Source: Candidatus Fermentibacteraceae bacterium (GTDB taxonomy: Bacteria > Fermentibacterota > Fermentibacteria > Fermentibacterales > JCC-6). From it: a stretch of DNA of 64,000 nt. Shown here in pieces: positions 21,920 to 32,052 of the stretch; positions within the stretch are counted from its first letter, which is position 1, and each line of letters starts with the position of its first letter. The notes under the pieces were generated by a model. It was not told the origin of the DNA. It was given only the letters and a program-made list of their open reading frames with translations, and did not search any database. A program made the position numbers and the translations under genes. Location of the stretch: assembly GCA_041750285.1 (NCBI GenBank), contig JBGSZS010000018.1, positions 256,001 to 320,000 on the forward strand. Direction: 5' to 3'.

Positions 21920-22291
21920 ATGATCTCGAGAACTGCTGCCCTTCTTGGTGTTCTTCTTGTTTCGGCCGGCTGCGGGAGTTCACCCAGTGACCCGGGAACC
22001 CAGGAACAGGGACCCGCGCTTGTCAGCCCCACTGACGGGGCTTCCGAGACCGGTCCCGAAGTGACTTTTGCCTGGGATGCGGTGACAGGAGCCACAAAGT
22101 ACTATCACCAGGTTGCTTCAAACGCCTCGATGCAGAATCCTCTGGAAACCGTTGTCACCTCGACAGCGGCGACTGTCAGTCCGGGTGCTGCCGGAACATG
22201 GTGGTGGAGGGTTCGTGCTTCGGTATCGGGCCAATCCACCTACACGCCGTGGTCGGCAATCTGGTCATTCACTCTGAACCAGCTACCCTGA
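21920..22291 (+). CDS. Lipoprotein with Fn3/Ig-like domain
   Basis: GGAGGA SD; lipobox SAGC; 'FAWDAVTGA..Y..QV', 'WWWRVRA', 'WSAIWSF'. Confidence 0.8.
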   Translation: MISRTAALLGVLLVSAGCGSSPSDPGTQEQGPALVSPTDGASETGPEVTFAWDAVTGATKYYHQVASNASMQNPLETVVTSTAATVSPGAAGTWWWRVRASVSGQSTYTPWSAIWSFTLNQLP

Positions 22292-23917
22292 GTTCGTCCT
22301 TCCTGAAGGATCTGCCGGCTGTTCACCGTATGCTGCCAGACCCGACAACGACTTCAGCTGCCAGACCTGGTTGGTCCCGAAATCGCATACGTACTCGTAC
22401 CTGTCAAGGAAACTGCTGTCCCGAAAGACAAAGCTCTCCTCCCATTCCAGGAAGTACGCCACATCCCGGGATTCGAGGTACTGCCCGTAGTGCCCCGCGG
22501 GAAGCCCGAGTATCTCGGTATTCACCTTTCCGTCGGTATTGATGGTCCTGTCATGAAAATAGCCAAGCGTGCCCGACTGGCTGGCCCCGACCCATGTGTC
22601 CACGGAGACGTTCTCCCTGACCCAGCCCCAGTGGTACAGGTACATGGGGTTGTATGGCTCTGAATAGGTGGAAACGGTAACCGCAAGGTTGAACAGAATC
22701 CCGCCGGCGAGCACTACCACGGTGTACCTGTCGCGAAGACGGTCCAGAACGGAGGCAAGAACGGCGACCGCCGCTATCGAGACAGGTATCAGGTACCGGT
22801 TCATGTACCACTCCACATTGAAGAAAAGCACGTAGAACAGAAACAGCCCGAGCAGGAACAATGGGAAGAACGAAAGGTCCCTCCATGGGAGCATCTTCCG
22901 GAACTCACTTCCCTTGATGGTCCTTGATGCCATGAACGCGAACACCGCCACTGCAGCGGCCTTGACGGCAAGCAGGGCGACCGATCTCACCGTGACGGAA
23001 TATATGGCGCGCAACGGCACCCAGAGTACGAACGTGAGGTTGTCCAGTGTTACATGCGCTGCGTACCACAGGTTTCTCAGGATCTCGGGAATGATTGTCG
23101 AGGCATCAGCGGTGCGGCCCATTGTCTGCACCAGCCCGGAGATCGGCAGTGGGTTGCCGGTGAGCCCGATGTTGTAAAGCCACCAGGGCAGCGTGGCAAG
23201 CGCCCAGCCGGCAGCCCAGCGTAGCGGTCCCGAAACGAACCTTCGGAAGGCCCCTCTCTCCCCCCCTCCTTCCGCCGGTCCCGCAATGAACACGTAGTGT
23301 ATGGCCAGTGCGGCGGCGAACAGGCCCGAATCGATCCTGGTCAGCGTGACGATTCCAAGGAAGACGCCGAACAGGACACCTGCAGGAAGACCGGGTCTGG
23401 CCCTGGCAGCGAAGCGCAGGTAGAGAATGGCTGCCAGCATGAGCATCAGAAGGTAAAGGCCGGTCTCAAGACCGTTGGTGCTCTCCTTCATGATGTTGTA
23501 CGAGCAGGCCCAGAGTGCGGCCGCGATCCATGCGGCCCGTCTGCGGCCCGTCAGGTAACGGATCAGGCCGAACACCGACACAACTCCCAATAGATGGATC
23601 ATCAGATGAAGGCCGTGCACCAGCCTGAGAGCCTGGTACCTGTCCGGTGTCACGAGGTAGAGCAGTGAGCAGAGAAAGACGAAAACCGGTTGTATCCCGT
23701 TCGTCGGGATCTCGCCGTCGGATACGGAAAGCCCCTTTCCGATGGCCAGATTTCTGGACACGGTGAGCCCGTAGAATCCGTCATCCCGAAAAGGCCTGTC
23801 CGCAAGCATTTCAGTGGGTCTGAAAATCAGGGCGACATGAATGAGCATTCCGACGGCAAAATTGACAAGTATCATGAATCGGGGCAGCCGGCTCACGGTT
23901 TTCATCACACTCTCCAT
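22283..23917 (-). CDS. GT-C superfamily-like polytopic membrane glycosyltransferase
   Basis: 'DDGFY...SRNLA.GKG', 'TNGIQP', 'NGLETGL', 'LTRID'; many TMs. Confidence 0.7.
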   Translation of the reverse strand: MESVMKTVSRLPRFMILVNFAVGMLIHVALIFRPTEMLADRPFRDDGFYGLTVSRNLAIGKGLSVSDGEIPTNGIQPVFVFLCSLLYLVTPDRYQALRLVHGLHLMIHLLGVVSVFGLIRYLTGRRRAAWIAAALWACSYNIMKESTNGLETGLYLLMLMLAAILYLRFAARARPGLPAGVLFGVFLGIVTLTRIDSGLFAAALAIHYVFIAGPAEGGGERGAFRRFVSGPLRWAAGWALATLPWWLYNIGLTGNPLPISGLVQTMGRTADASTIIPEILRNLWYAAHVTLDNLTFVLWVPLRAIYSVTVRSVALLAVKAAAVAVFAFMASRTIKGSEFRKMLPWRDLSFFPLFLLGLFLFYVLFFNVEWYMNRYLIPVSIAAVAVLASVLDRLRDRYTVVVLAGGILFNLAVTVSTYSEPYNPMYLYHWGWVRENVSVDTWVGASQSGTLGYFHDRTINTDGKVNTEILGLPAGHYGQYLESRDVAYFLEWEESFVFRDSSFLDRYEYVCDFGTNQVWQLKSLSGLAAYGEQPADPSGRTNSG

Positions 23918-24067
23918 TCAGGAAGAAGCGGATCTCCGTTCAACCGCACCAACGGCAATAATCGTTCGTAAATCATATACTATGTATTTATAGTTGTACA
24001 TGTCTTCAAAGACAATATGACCTGAATCCGGTACCCGCTCCTTCCCGGGAATCAGTTGACTGTCGTT

Positions 24068-24841
24068 TCAGACGGGGATGGAGACGGGCGGATCGCCCTG
24101 GACCTCGATGTCCGGCAGCATGGTGAGGTTGCGGGGCACGCCCCGGGGAGCCAGGGCCTGGGCGGGGTCGGGGATCAGGCCGGTGGCATAGCCCAGCCTG
24201 CTCATTGCGAGCGGGGAAGCGACAATGATAACGCCCTTCCGGCTGCCGGCCGCGAGGCGGTGGAGTTCCGCGGCGAGCGGCATGATGCCGGTGTGATGCC
24301 TGATGGAGTCGGCGTAGAAGCTTCTGGCCCGGCCCGAGAGGATGTCTTCCGAGAATGTCGTCTGACGTGCACCAACATCGCCGACGAGAACCGATGTCCT
24401 GACCACGAGGGCGTCGGGGTTGTGCCTTGTAACCGCGATGTCCCCAAGAAGCTTGGTCCAGCCGTAGAAGGACATCGGCACTGCCGGCGAGTTCCTTTTG
24501 TAGGGAGGAATGCCGCCCGACCAGACAAGGTCGGTGGAAACATGAAGCATTCTGATGCGGTTCTCCCTGCAGTAAAAAGCGAGTTCGCCGGGCCAGACGC
24601 TGTTGAGCAGGAAGGCCCGCACAGGGTCGGCAAGGCATCCGCCCGTGGAACTTTCCGCAGCGCAGTTTATCACTGCACCGGCGCCTTCCGGCAGCAGGGC
24701 TTCCGGAGGGGTTGTCGTGAGGTCGGCCCCAATGGTTCCCGAATCACCGCTTCGGCTCAGGCAGAGAAGGCTGCCGCCCCGCGATGTTCTTCGCAGGGCG
24801 GTGCCGAGTCTGCCTGTGGCGCCGAAGAGGACCGTTGTCAC
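24068..24841 (-). CDS. RmlD-like sugar-nucleotide reductase (extended SDR)
   Basis: 'GATGRLG', 'VINCAA', 'HVSTDLV', 'YGWTK'; GTG start just after the hflC stop. Confidence 0.8.
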   Translation of the reverse strand: MTTVLFGATGRLGTALRRTSRGGSLLCLSRSGDSGTIGADLTTTPPEALLPEGAGAVINCAAESSTGGCLADPVRAFLLNSVWPGELAFYCRENRIRMLHVSTDLVWSGGIPPYKRNSPAVPMSFYGWTKLLGDIAVTRHNPDALVVRTSVLVGDVGARQTTFSEDILSGRARSFYADSIRHHTGIMPLAAELHRLAAGSRKGVIIVASPLAMSRLGYATGLIPDPAQALAPRGVPRNLTMLPDIEVQGDPPVSIPV

Positions 24842-24842
24842 C

Positions 24843-25931
24843 CTAGTCCTGGAAGCGCCCGGGAGTCGAGAGGAGAAGGTTGAAAACACCCTCGGTGCTC
24901 AGTACCGCGGCATCGGTGGAATCGATGACCGCCTCGAGGGCTTCGAGTGACCGCGTGAACCTGTAGAAGTCGGGGTAGGCCTGGTAGGCCCTGGCGTAGA
25001 TGGCAGCGGCGGTGCTGTCGGCCCTTCCCTGGATTGCCAGGGCGAGCCTCTGGGCCTGGCTCGAGATGCTGTCCACCTTCAGGTCCGTCTCGGCGAGAAT
25101 GGTTCTGGCCATGCGGTGACCCTCGGCCCTGTACCTTGTGGAGATGCGGTTCCTCTCCGCCTGCATCCTTGAAAACACCGCGGCCTGATTCTCGGCGGGC
25201 AGGTCCGCCCTCTTGATCCTAATGTCCACGATGTGGATGCCGTACTGCGAGGCCAGCCTGCGGCTGTTCTCGGTGACCCTGTTCAGTATCACCTCGCGGC
25301 CCTCGCCTGCCGGAACCCTGAGCATGGGAATGATCTCGACGACCTCGCCGTCGGCCATGATGATGTCTCGGGTGGAGTCGGACAGGGTCATGCTGTTCAC
25401 GAGCTGAACGTAGGAGTTGAGACCGACAGGGTCGTTGGTGCTGCGAACGATGTTGATGAGGTCGCTTTTGCCCAGTTCCTGCCTGAGTTCGGAGTAGATG
25501 ACGTCATCCAGCCTGTCGAGCGCCTCCCTCTCCGTTCGCACGCTCTGGAGGAAAAGAAGGGGGTTCTGAATCCGCCACCTGGCGTAGCAGTCGGCCTGAA
25601 TGTGCTTCTTGTCTCGGGTGACGACATCGGCGGGGTCGTCGTCGTATTCGAGCACACGGTCGTCGAGGATGGTCACCTGCTGAAGGAACGGAACCTTGAC
25701 GTAAAGCCCGGCGCCTTCGGTCAGGGAAACATCGGGGGCGTTGGCGTCCATCCACTGCTGAAGCGCAGCCAGTTCATCATCGGTCCGGTTGCCCACGATT
25801 ACCCGGATGGGTTTTCCCAACTGCAGGACCACTGCCTGCTGTGTCTCGTTCACTATGAAGAGGGTACCGGTGAGCACCATTATCGCGACCGTGACAACGA
25901 TCACGATCAGGCATCCGCTGAACTTCCTCAT
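24843..25931 (-). CDS. hflC: FtsH protease modulator HflC
   Basis: SPFH domain, 'RMQAERNRIS..YRAEG', 'FYRFTRSLEA'. Confidence 0.93.
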   Translation of the reverse strand: MRKFSGCLIVIVVTVAIMVLTGTLFIVNETQQAVVLQLGKPIRVIVGNRTDDELAALQQWMDANAPDVSLTEGAGLYVKVPFLQQVTILDDRVLEYDDDPADVVTRDKKHIQADCYARWRIQNPLLFLQSVRTEREALDRLDDVIYSELRQELGKSDLINIVRSTNDPVGLNSYVQLVNSMTLSDSTRDIIMADGEVVEIIPMLRVPAGEGREVILNRVTENSRRLASQYGIHIVDIRIKRADLPAENQAAVFSRMQAERNRISTRYRAEGHRMARTILAETDLKVDSISSQAQRLALAIQGRADSTAAAIYARAYQAYPDFYRFTRSLEALEAVIDSTDAAVLSTEGVFNLLLSTPGRFQD

Positions 25932-26914
25932 CTCACGCCCCCCGTTCCGAGACCGTAGTGGGTAAGCGCTCCGGCGTCGCCGTCCACGATGGTCAGGTCT
26001 ATCTGCGCGAGGACGGATTCGAGGGTTTCGAGGTGGAGCCGGATTGCGGTGGTCTGCGGGTTCTTGCGGTACTCTTCGGCAACGGCAATGAACCTGTCTG
26101 CGTCGCCGAGAGCCCTGTTGATCCTCACGGCGGCATAGCCCATGGCTTCGTTGACCATCGTCACCGAATCGGCCCTGGCTTCGGGTATAACCTGGTTCCG
26201 GTAGGATTCGGCCTCGTTCAGGTAGGCCTGCATGTCCTCCCTGGCGGTGGCCACGTCCTTGAATGCGAAGAAGACCTGGTCGGGAGGTTGAACGTCCTTG
26301 AGCTGCACCGCCACGATGTTCACACCCATGCCGTAAAGGTCGGCCAGGGACTGAACCTGCGCCTGGATGCGGATCTGGAGGTCGAGCTTGCCGGTGGTTA
26401 GCACCGCGTCGATTGCGTTGTCGCCTATCACCTGCCTGATGCTGGCCTCGGTGATGTCACGCAGCGTGGCCTCGGGACCCCTTACGTTGAAAAGATAGGC
26501 CCTTGCGTCGGTGATGCGGTACTGAACGATGGCCGAGACGTTTATGATGTTCTCGTCGCCGGTGAGCATCTGGGCTTCGGAGAGCATCTCGGCGTCGTTG
26601 TCGAAGCCCCTGTAACGCTGGGGATCGGTGTTCGGTATGGACCGGTAGCCGAACTCGATGCGCTGGACCACGTTCACGTCGGGCTTGTAAACGGTCTGGA
26701 TGGGCCAGGGAAACTTCAGGTGGAAGCCCGGCCCGGTTGTGGCCGTGAAACGCCCGAACGTGAGGATCACACCCTCCTGCTCAGGGCCCACGATGTAAAA
26801 AGGCCCCGCGGTGAGAAGCCAGATCAGCAGAATAACTCCGACGATGATCTTCCCTGTGGACTTCGGAAGCATGAACTCCAGTGGGTTTCCCCTCAAAAGA
26901 GCACCCCCTTTCAA
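25928..26914 (-). CDS. hflK: FtsH protease modulator HflK
   Basis: 'MLTGDENI', 'QPPDQV..AF.DV..ARED', 'Y.N..IPEAR'. Confidence 0.93.
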   Translation of the reverse strand: MKGGALLRGNPLEFMLPKSTGKIIVGVILLIWLLTAGPFYIVGPEQEGVILTFGRFTATTGPGFHLKFPWPIQTVYKPDVNVVQRIEFGYRSIPNTDPQRYRGFDNDAEMLSEAQMLTGDENIINVSAIVQYRITDARAYLFNVRGPEATLRDITEASIRQVIGDNAIDAVLTTGKLDLQIRIQAQVQSLADLYGMGVNIVAVQLKDVQPPDQVFFAFKDVATAREDMQAYLNEAESYRNQVIPEARADSVTMVNEAMGYAAVRINRALGDADRFIAVAEEYRKNPQTTAIRLHLETLESVLAQIDLTIVDGDAGALTHYGLGTGGVR

Positions 26915-28278
26915 TCCTGTTCGTCGCCGGGGGATCCAAGTTTCCGCTGAAGGGTACGCCTTCCCATGCCCAGCAGCATGGCGGCCTGGGTGCGGTTGCC
27001 CCCGGTGATCGCGAGTGTACGCTCAACAAGCATGTCTTCAGCTTCCTGAATGGTCACGGGAAGCTCCAGCACGAGCCGGTCGGTTCCCTCGCCCGAAGCA
27101 GGAGTGATCTCGGGCGGCAGGTCGGCCAGCGTTATCCTTTCCCGGCACATGATGAGAAGGCTTTCCATCATGTTCTTGAGCTGTCTGACGTTGCCCGGCC
27201 ATGAGTAGGCCTTGAGTGATTCCATGACCTCGGGGGCGATCTCCGGCATTGGAAGGTCATGCCTGTCCGATGCCTGACGGAGAAGTGTAAGGGCAAGCAG
27301 GGGAATATCGGGCCGCCGCCTGCGAAGGGGAGGAAGGTGTATCTCCACCACCTTCAGACGGTAGTACAGGTCCTCGCGGAACGTGCCGGCCCTGACCATC
27401 GCCATCAGGTCCCTGTTGGTGGCGGCAATGAGCCTAACATCAACGGGTGTGGTTCGATTGCCGCCGAGCCTCGTTATCCGCTCCTCCTCAAGCACCCGCA
27501 GAAGCTTTACCTGCACCGGAAGGGGAATTTCACCGATCTCATCGAGCATCAGTGTTCCGCCGTCGGCTGCTTCGAACTTCCCGGCGCGGGGGCTGTCCGC
27601 CCCGGTGAAGGCGCCGCGGTCGTGCCCGAAGAGCTCGTCCTCGAGAAGGGTCTCGGGGATGGCCGAACAGTTCATGACGAGGTACTCGCCCTTCCTGCCG
27701 CTCTGGTTGTGGATCCTGCGGGCGAGTATGTCCTTTCCCGTGCCGCTTTCACCGGTGATGAGAACCGTTGCCTTTATGGGGGCCACCCGCTTCACCATCT
27801 GAAGAACGTCTCCCATGGCCCGGCTTCGGTGGAGGATCTCGGATGGCTCTTCCGCTCTCGCGGGTCTCGCCGCGGCGGTTCGGGAAAAGAGGCTGCGGGA
27901 AGAGCGGGAGAAGGCCAGTTGAACGGCCTGCCTCCAGCCTTCGCGGGACTCGGGATCGAGAAGGATGTCGACAACGCCGGCCTTCATCCAGGCCACCGCC
28001 TCCTGGGCGCTTATCATCCTGCCGTAGATTATCACGCTGGCGTCGGTGTTGGCCCTTGAAAGTGTGTCGAGGAACGTTGACATGAGAAGGTCGTCGGTGC
28101 TGCTGCTGACCGCCAGAACGTTGACCGAACGTGAGCGGACCCTTCTCAGGGCACCCCGGGCGGTCCTCTCCTCGGTCGTGGTGCACCCGAGTTCGGAAAC
28201 CAACGCCCTGAGCCTGGCGACCCGGTCCTTGTCGGGGTCGACGAACATTACGGTTCCACGGCCAAGGCTTGTCGTCAA
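26911..28278 (-). CDS. Sigma54-dependent activator (NtrC family) with degenerate receiver domain
   Basis: Walker A GESGTGKD, GAFTGA, LDEIG, FREDLYYRL, Fis HTH; TTG start overlaps the upstream stop. Confidence 0.9.
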   Translation of the reverse strand: MTTSLGRGTVMFVDPDKDRVARLRALVSELGCTTTEERTARGALRRVRSRSVNVLAVSSSTDDLLMSTFLDTLSRANTDASVIIYGRMISAQEAVAWMKAGVVDILLDPESREGWRQAVQLAFSRSSRSLFSRTAAARPARAEEPSEILHRSRAMGDVLQMVKRVAPIKATVLITGESGTGKDILARRIHNQSGRKGEYLVMNCSAIPETLLEDELFGHDRGAFTGADSPRAGKFEAADGGTLMLDEIGEIPLPVQVKLLRVLEEERITRLGGNRTTPVDVRLIAATNRDLMAMVRAGTFREDLYYRLKVVEIHLPPLRRRRPDIPLLALTLLRQASDRHDLPMPEIAPEVMESLKAYSWPGNVRQLKNMMESLLIMCRERITLADLPPEITPASGEGTDRLVLELPVTIQEAEDMLVERTLAITGGNRTQAAMLLGMGRRTLQRKLGSPGDEQD

Positions 28279-29990
28279 ACCCGGCTCCTTTCCCTGGCCC
28301 TTTCCTTCATGACAAGAAACGGAGGCATCACCAGGGCGTCGATGCCTGTGCCGTAGAAACACCTGAGGGCGTCTGCCGGCGTGTTGACGATGGGCTCTCC
28401 CCTGACGTTGAAGGAGGTGTTCATGAGCACCGGAACCCCGGTGAGTTTCTCGAACTCCCTCATCACGTCGTAGTAGAAGGGGTTCACATCCCGCGACACT
28501 GTCTGGACACGGCCCGTCATGTCGACGTGGGTTACGGCGGGGATGACCTTCTCCATGCCCGGTACGACCGGGTATGTCTTGATCATGTAGGGACTCTCCG
28601 AGCAGCCCTGGAAATAGGTGGGCGCGTCCTCCACCGGGCAGACCGGAGCGAACGGTCTGAACCCCTCGCGAAGCTTGATGATCTCGTTGACTATGTCCTT
28701 CATCTCCGGACGTCTGGGGTCGGCCAGAATGGATCGGTTGCCAAGCGCCCGGGGGCCGAACTCCATCCTGCCCTGGTAAAGCCCGACCACGAAGCCCCTC
28801 TCCACAAGGGAGGCGGTGAGCGCCTCGAGGTTTTCCGGGCGTGAGTAACCGACCCGGGAACCCACCAGCGCGGATTCGACCTGCTCTGCCGTATGGCCGG
28901 GGCCAAGGAACATATGTTCCGGGGGGGTGAGGGGAACGCCGCCGTACACTTCCATGTGCACCGCCACAGCTGCACCGACACTCGTGCCGGCATCGTGCGA
29001 GGCGGGGAACGGGTGAACCTGCCGGAAACCGGCTTCCCTTTCGATGACGCCGTTCATCACACAGTTGAGTGCAGTGCCGCCCGCCATGGCCAGTATATCG
29101 GTCCGGGAGAGCCCGCGAAGGTGTTTCGCCATGGCCAGCCCCGCTTCCTCCAAAACCTTCTGGGCCGATGAGGCTATGTTCTCGTGCCGTGAGTCGAGGG
29201 GTTCTCCGGACTTGCGCGGCCCGCCTATGATGTTCAGTACTTCCCTGGAGAAAACCGAATGATGAACCCCGCGGCAAATGTCGAGAAGCCCGTGGTCTAT
29301 GCGTACCGAATCCCTGCGCGATATGAGGATGCGGCGGAAAAGGTCTGCATACACGGGTTTTCCGTAGCTGGCCAGACCCATTACCTTGTACTCGTCGCTG
29401 TCGGGCTTGAAGCCCAGAAAGGTCGTGACCGCGCTGTAGAAAAGCCCTGTGGAGTGGGGAAGCCTTGTCGCGGAAAACCTGCGGAGGCGCCCCGCAACGA
29501 TCTCACCCAGCATGCCCGAGTGGATCTCGCCGGCGCCGTCGAGCGTGAGTACCGCGGCGTCGCGGCAACCCGCTCCGAACCATGCCGACCAGGCGTGGGC
29601 GTCGTGGTGTTCGATGAAGTGAAAGGAGGGATTCGCATCGGGGCCGAATGTTTCACGGTAAACCCGGGGAACGCCGGCCATGCGTCTGGCCCCGCCGACC
29701 TGCCCCGCGAAGAAACCCATTGCGCCCGGTTTGCCCAGGTACCGTGGAAGCATGCGGAAGGCTTCGCCAAGAACCATGGATGGCTTCATGTAATAGGCCA
29801 CGTGAGCAATGTCGCGGGGTTTGAGACCCGCTTCGGAAATCAGATGGGCAATGGTTCTCGACGGGAATGAAGAATCATGCTTCCTGCGGGTGAAGCGTTC
29901 CTCTTCAGCAGCGCCCGCGAGCCTTCCGTCGAGCAGGAGGCATGCCGCCGAATCGTGTTTGTGGCAGTTGATCCCGAGAATGGCTTTCAT
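28275..29990 (-). CDS. Carbamoyltransferase (NodU/CmcH/TobZ family)
   Basis: 'HDSAA...EEERFTRRKH', 'EHHDAHA', 'EYKVMGLA', 'EFGPRALGNRS', 'NTSFN'. Confidence 0.95.
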   Translation of the reverse strand: MKAILGINCHKHDSAACLLLDGRLAGAAEEERFTRRKHDSSFPSRTIAHLISEAGLKPRDIAHVAYYMKPSMVLGEAFRMLPRYLGKPGAMGFFAGQVGGARRMAGVPRVYRETFGPDANPSFHFIEHHDAHAWSAWFGAGCRDAAVLTLDGAGEIHSGMLGEIVAGRLRRFSATRLPHSTGLFYSAVTTFLGFKPDSDEYKVMGLASYGKPVYADLFRRILISRRDSVRIDHGLLDICRGVHHSVFSREVLNIIGGPRKSGEPLDSRHENIASSAQKVLEEAGLAMAKHLRGLSRTDILAMAGGTALNCVMNGVIEREAGFRQVHPFPASHDAGTSVGAAVAVHMEVYGGVPLTPPEHMFLGPGHTAEQVESALVGSRVGYSRPENLEALTASLVERGFVVGLYQGRMEFGPRALGNRSILADPRRPEMKDIVNEIIKLREGFRPFAPVCPVEDAPTYFQGCSESPYMIKTYPVVPGMEKVIPAVTHVDMTGRVQTVSRDVNPFYYDVMREFEKLTGVPVLMNTSFNVRGEPIVNTPADALRCFYGTGIDALVMPPFLVMKERARERSRV

Positions 29991-30913
29991 GCGTTGTTCC
30001 GTTCCGTATTGCCGAACAGGAGCTTCAGGGCTTTTGTGCAGTATGCCGCCCTGAACCTTCCATCCCTTCTTCGAAGGGCGGGGTTGAGTGATCCGGCAGC
30101 CATGCGCCCCAGCATGAGCAACGCCATCCACACCCGGAATGCCGCCCGGGAGCCGGCGCCGGCATGCTTGGACAGAAACCTGATCTTCGCTGGAATATAC
30201 CGCAGGTACACATTCTCACCAAACTTGCGTTTCGCGGAAGCTCCCTCCAGATGCACCACCTGTGAGGAAGGGATGAACCAGGTTTCCCAGCCCGCCTTGA
30301 GCAGGCGGTACTGAAGGTCGGTTTCCTCGTGGTAGAAGAAGAAATCCTCGTCGAACCCCCCCACAGCCCTGAGGGCATCGGTCCTCACCGCCATCACCGC
30401 TCCGACGAGCCAGTCGCACCTCATTTCCGTGTCATGTGCGTTGTGCCTGTATGAACGGTGGCGAAGAAGCGGCAGGTGCTCGATGATCACCTTTCCGGGG
30501 AAGGGGAAGTCACGCATGGACTGCTGGAGGCTTCCGTCGGGCCAGAGCAGCCTGGGCCCGGCAAGGCCGGCCCGGGGATGTCTGAGCAGTCCATCGACAA
30601 GGCTTGCGATGCTGCCCTCACGGAACAGCGTATCGGAATTGGCAATGACCGTGACATCGGTGTCAACGCCACGCATGGCTTCGTTCACGCCTGCTGCGAA
30701 ACCAAGGTTCACCGGGCTTCTGACCAGTCTGAAGCCCGGGTTCCGCCCCATCAGCTCCAGCGCGTCACGATCCGATCCGTCCTCGGATCCGTTGTCGAAC
30801 ACGAGCAGCTTCCCCCCGGACGCTGCAACCTGTTCAAGGACCGATCCCAGCATTCCCGGCAGTATTTCCCTGCCGTTCCAGTTCAGCACCAGGAGGGTGT
30901 ATCCGTGCATCAC
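29987..30913 (-). CDS. Glycosyltransferase GT2
   Basis: 'LNWN', 'DNGSEDG', 'NLGFAAG', 'FDEDFFFYHEETD'. Confidence 0.92.
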   Translation of the reverse strand: MMHGYTLLVLNWNGREILPGMLGSVLEQVAASGGKLLVFDNGSEDGSDRDALELMGRNPGFRLVRSPVNLGFAAGVNEAMRGVDTDVTVIANSDTLFREGSIASLVDGLLRHPRAGLAGPRLLWPDGSLQQSMRDFPFPGKVIIEHLPLLRHRSYRHNAHDTEMRCDWLVGAVMAVRTDALRAVGGFDEDFFFYHEETDLQYRLLKAGWETWFIPSSQVVHLEGASAKRKFGENVYLRYIPAKIRFLSKHAGAGSRAAFRVWMALLMLGRMAAGSLNPALRRRDGRFRAAYCTKALKLLFGNTERNNA

Positions 30914-32013
30914 ACCCCCCTGAGAAGTGTATCGAGGCTGTCCCTGACGGCCTGGAAACGGACCAGCTCGTCTCCCTCCAGCGCCCGGCGCCTGCTGCCG
31001 AGATAGATGTAGGGATCGACGGGGTTGTCGTTCGGGTCGTTTATCTGGTAGTGCAGATGGCTGGCGTAGGATCTGCCCGTGTTGCCGACTGTTCCTATCT
31101 GGGCGCCCTGCTCGACGGTCCTTCCCGGAGAGACCCCTGCCGAGATCTCATCAAGATGAAGGAACACCTCCCTGTAGCCGCAGAAGTCTATCTCCACGCA
31201 TCTACCGTTGTAGTCGGCGTTCCAGTCCACCCTGTTCACCCGCCCGCCGAGGGTTGTCCTTACCGGAACGCCTGTGGGCGCCTTGAAGTCAACCCCGTGG
31301 TGCGTTCCCGAACCCCGGATCTCTCCGAAAATGCCCGTGACCTCCTCGAAGGTCGAAAGTGGCATGCGGTTGAGAAGCCTCACCACCTCGGTTCCGTTGG
31401 CGTACCAGATGCTCGGGAAGTTGTCGCCGGTCTTGTGAAAGACATAGACACTGAAGCCGCTGTTCGTTGAACCCGCCAATGGGATGTACCGCAGGGCCGC
31501 AACAGTGTTCTCCCTGGAGCCGGGCCGGGTGGAGTAGAGGATCCTGAGCGAATCACCTGCAATCAGGCCTGTCCAGGGGTTTATGTCCCACCAGAGGTAT
31601 CTCACGCAATGCGCTCCAAGGACGTCGGGAGCAACCCCGGTGGCGCCCTGAAGGCTTCCGTACAGGGAACCCCTTATCTCGACGGCCAGAAGGTTCAGAT
31701 CCGCCGGCAGCACGGGAAGCGTTTCCGGAAGGGAATCGGTAATGGCGGAATCGGGAGGGAGACCTGTGGAATCCGCCAAAATCGATGATGTGGTGTCAGA
31801 GGCGAGCAAGTCCGGGAGAAGCATGGCTGTGGAATCCGTTATCTGGTGAAAAATGGGCTCGTGGACCTGGGGGTCGTCGGGGATTCCCACATAGTCACCG
31901 GCCCGCAGAACAAGCACATCATCCCCTTCGGGCGGGGATACGCAGCCGGAGAAGATGACCGTCGTCAATAATACGCACAGAAGTCCGGTGGTAAATGCGG
32001 GAGAGGATGTCAT
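30910..32013 (-). CDS. M23 family metallopeptidase, probable lipoprotein
   Basis: Lipobox FSGC; 'HHGVDF', 'SHLHY'. Confidence 0.88.
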   Translation of the reverse strand: MTSSPAFTTGLLCVLLTTVIFSGCVSPPEGDDVLVLRAGDYVGIPDDPQVHEPIFHQITDSTAMLLPDLLASDTTSSILADSTGLPPDSAITDSLPETLPVLPADLNLLAVEIRGSLYGSLQGATGVAPDVLGAHCVRYLWWDINPWTGLIAGDSLRILYSTRPGSRENTVAALRYIPLAGSTNSGFSVYVFHKTGDNFPSIWYANGTEVVRLLNRMPLSTFEEVTGIFGEIRGSGTHHGVDFKAPTGVPVRTTLGGRVNRVDWNADYNGRCVEIDFCGYREVFLHLDEISAGVSPGRTVEQGAQIGTVGNTGRSYASHLHYQINDPNDNPVDPYIYLGSRRRALEGDELVRFQAVRDSLDTLLRGV

Positions 32014-32017
32014 AATA

Positions 32018-32046
32018 TTGACTGTCCCTTCGGTTGCGTGTATCGT
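32018..32046 (+). promoter_or_regulatory. Sigma70-type promoter, probably giving a leaderless transcript
   Basis: TTGACT-N17-TATCGT; predicted +1 coincides with the ATG at 32053. Confidence 0.45.
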
Positions 32047-32052
32047 TGAAAT

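Noticed and set aside
28279..29277. 788-aa version of the sigma54 activator
   Set aside because: The extension is an alternate frame of the carbamoyltransferase gene with an Arg/Pro/Gly-rich shadow composition.
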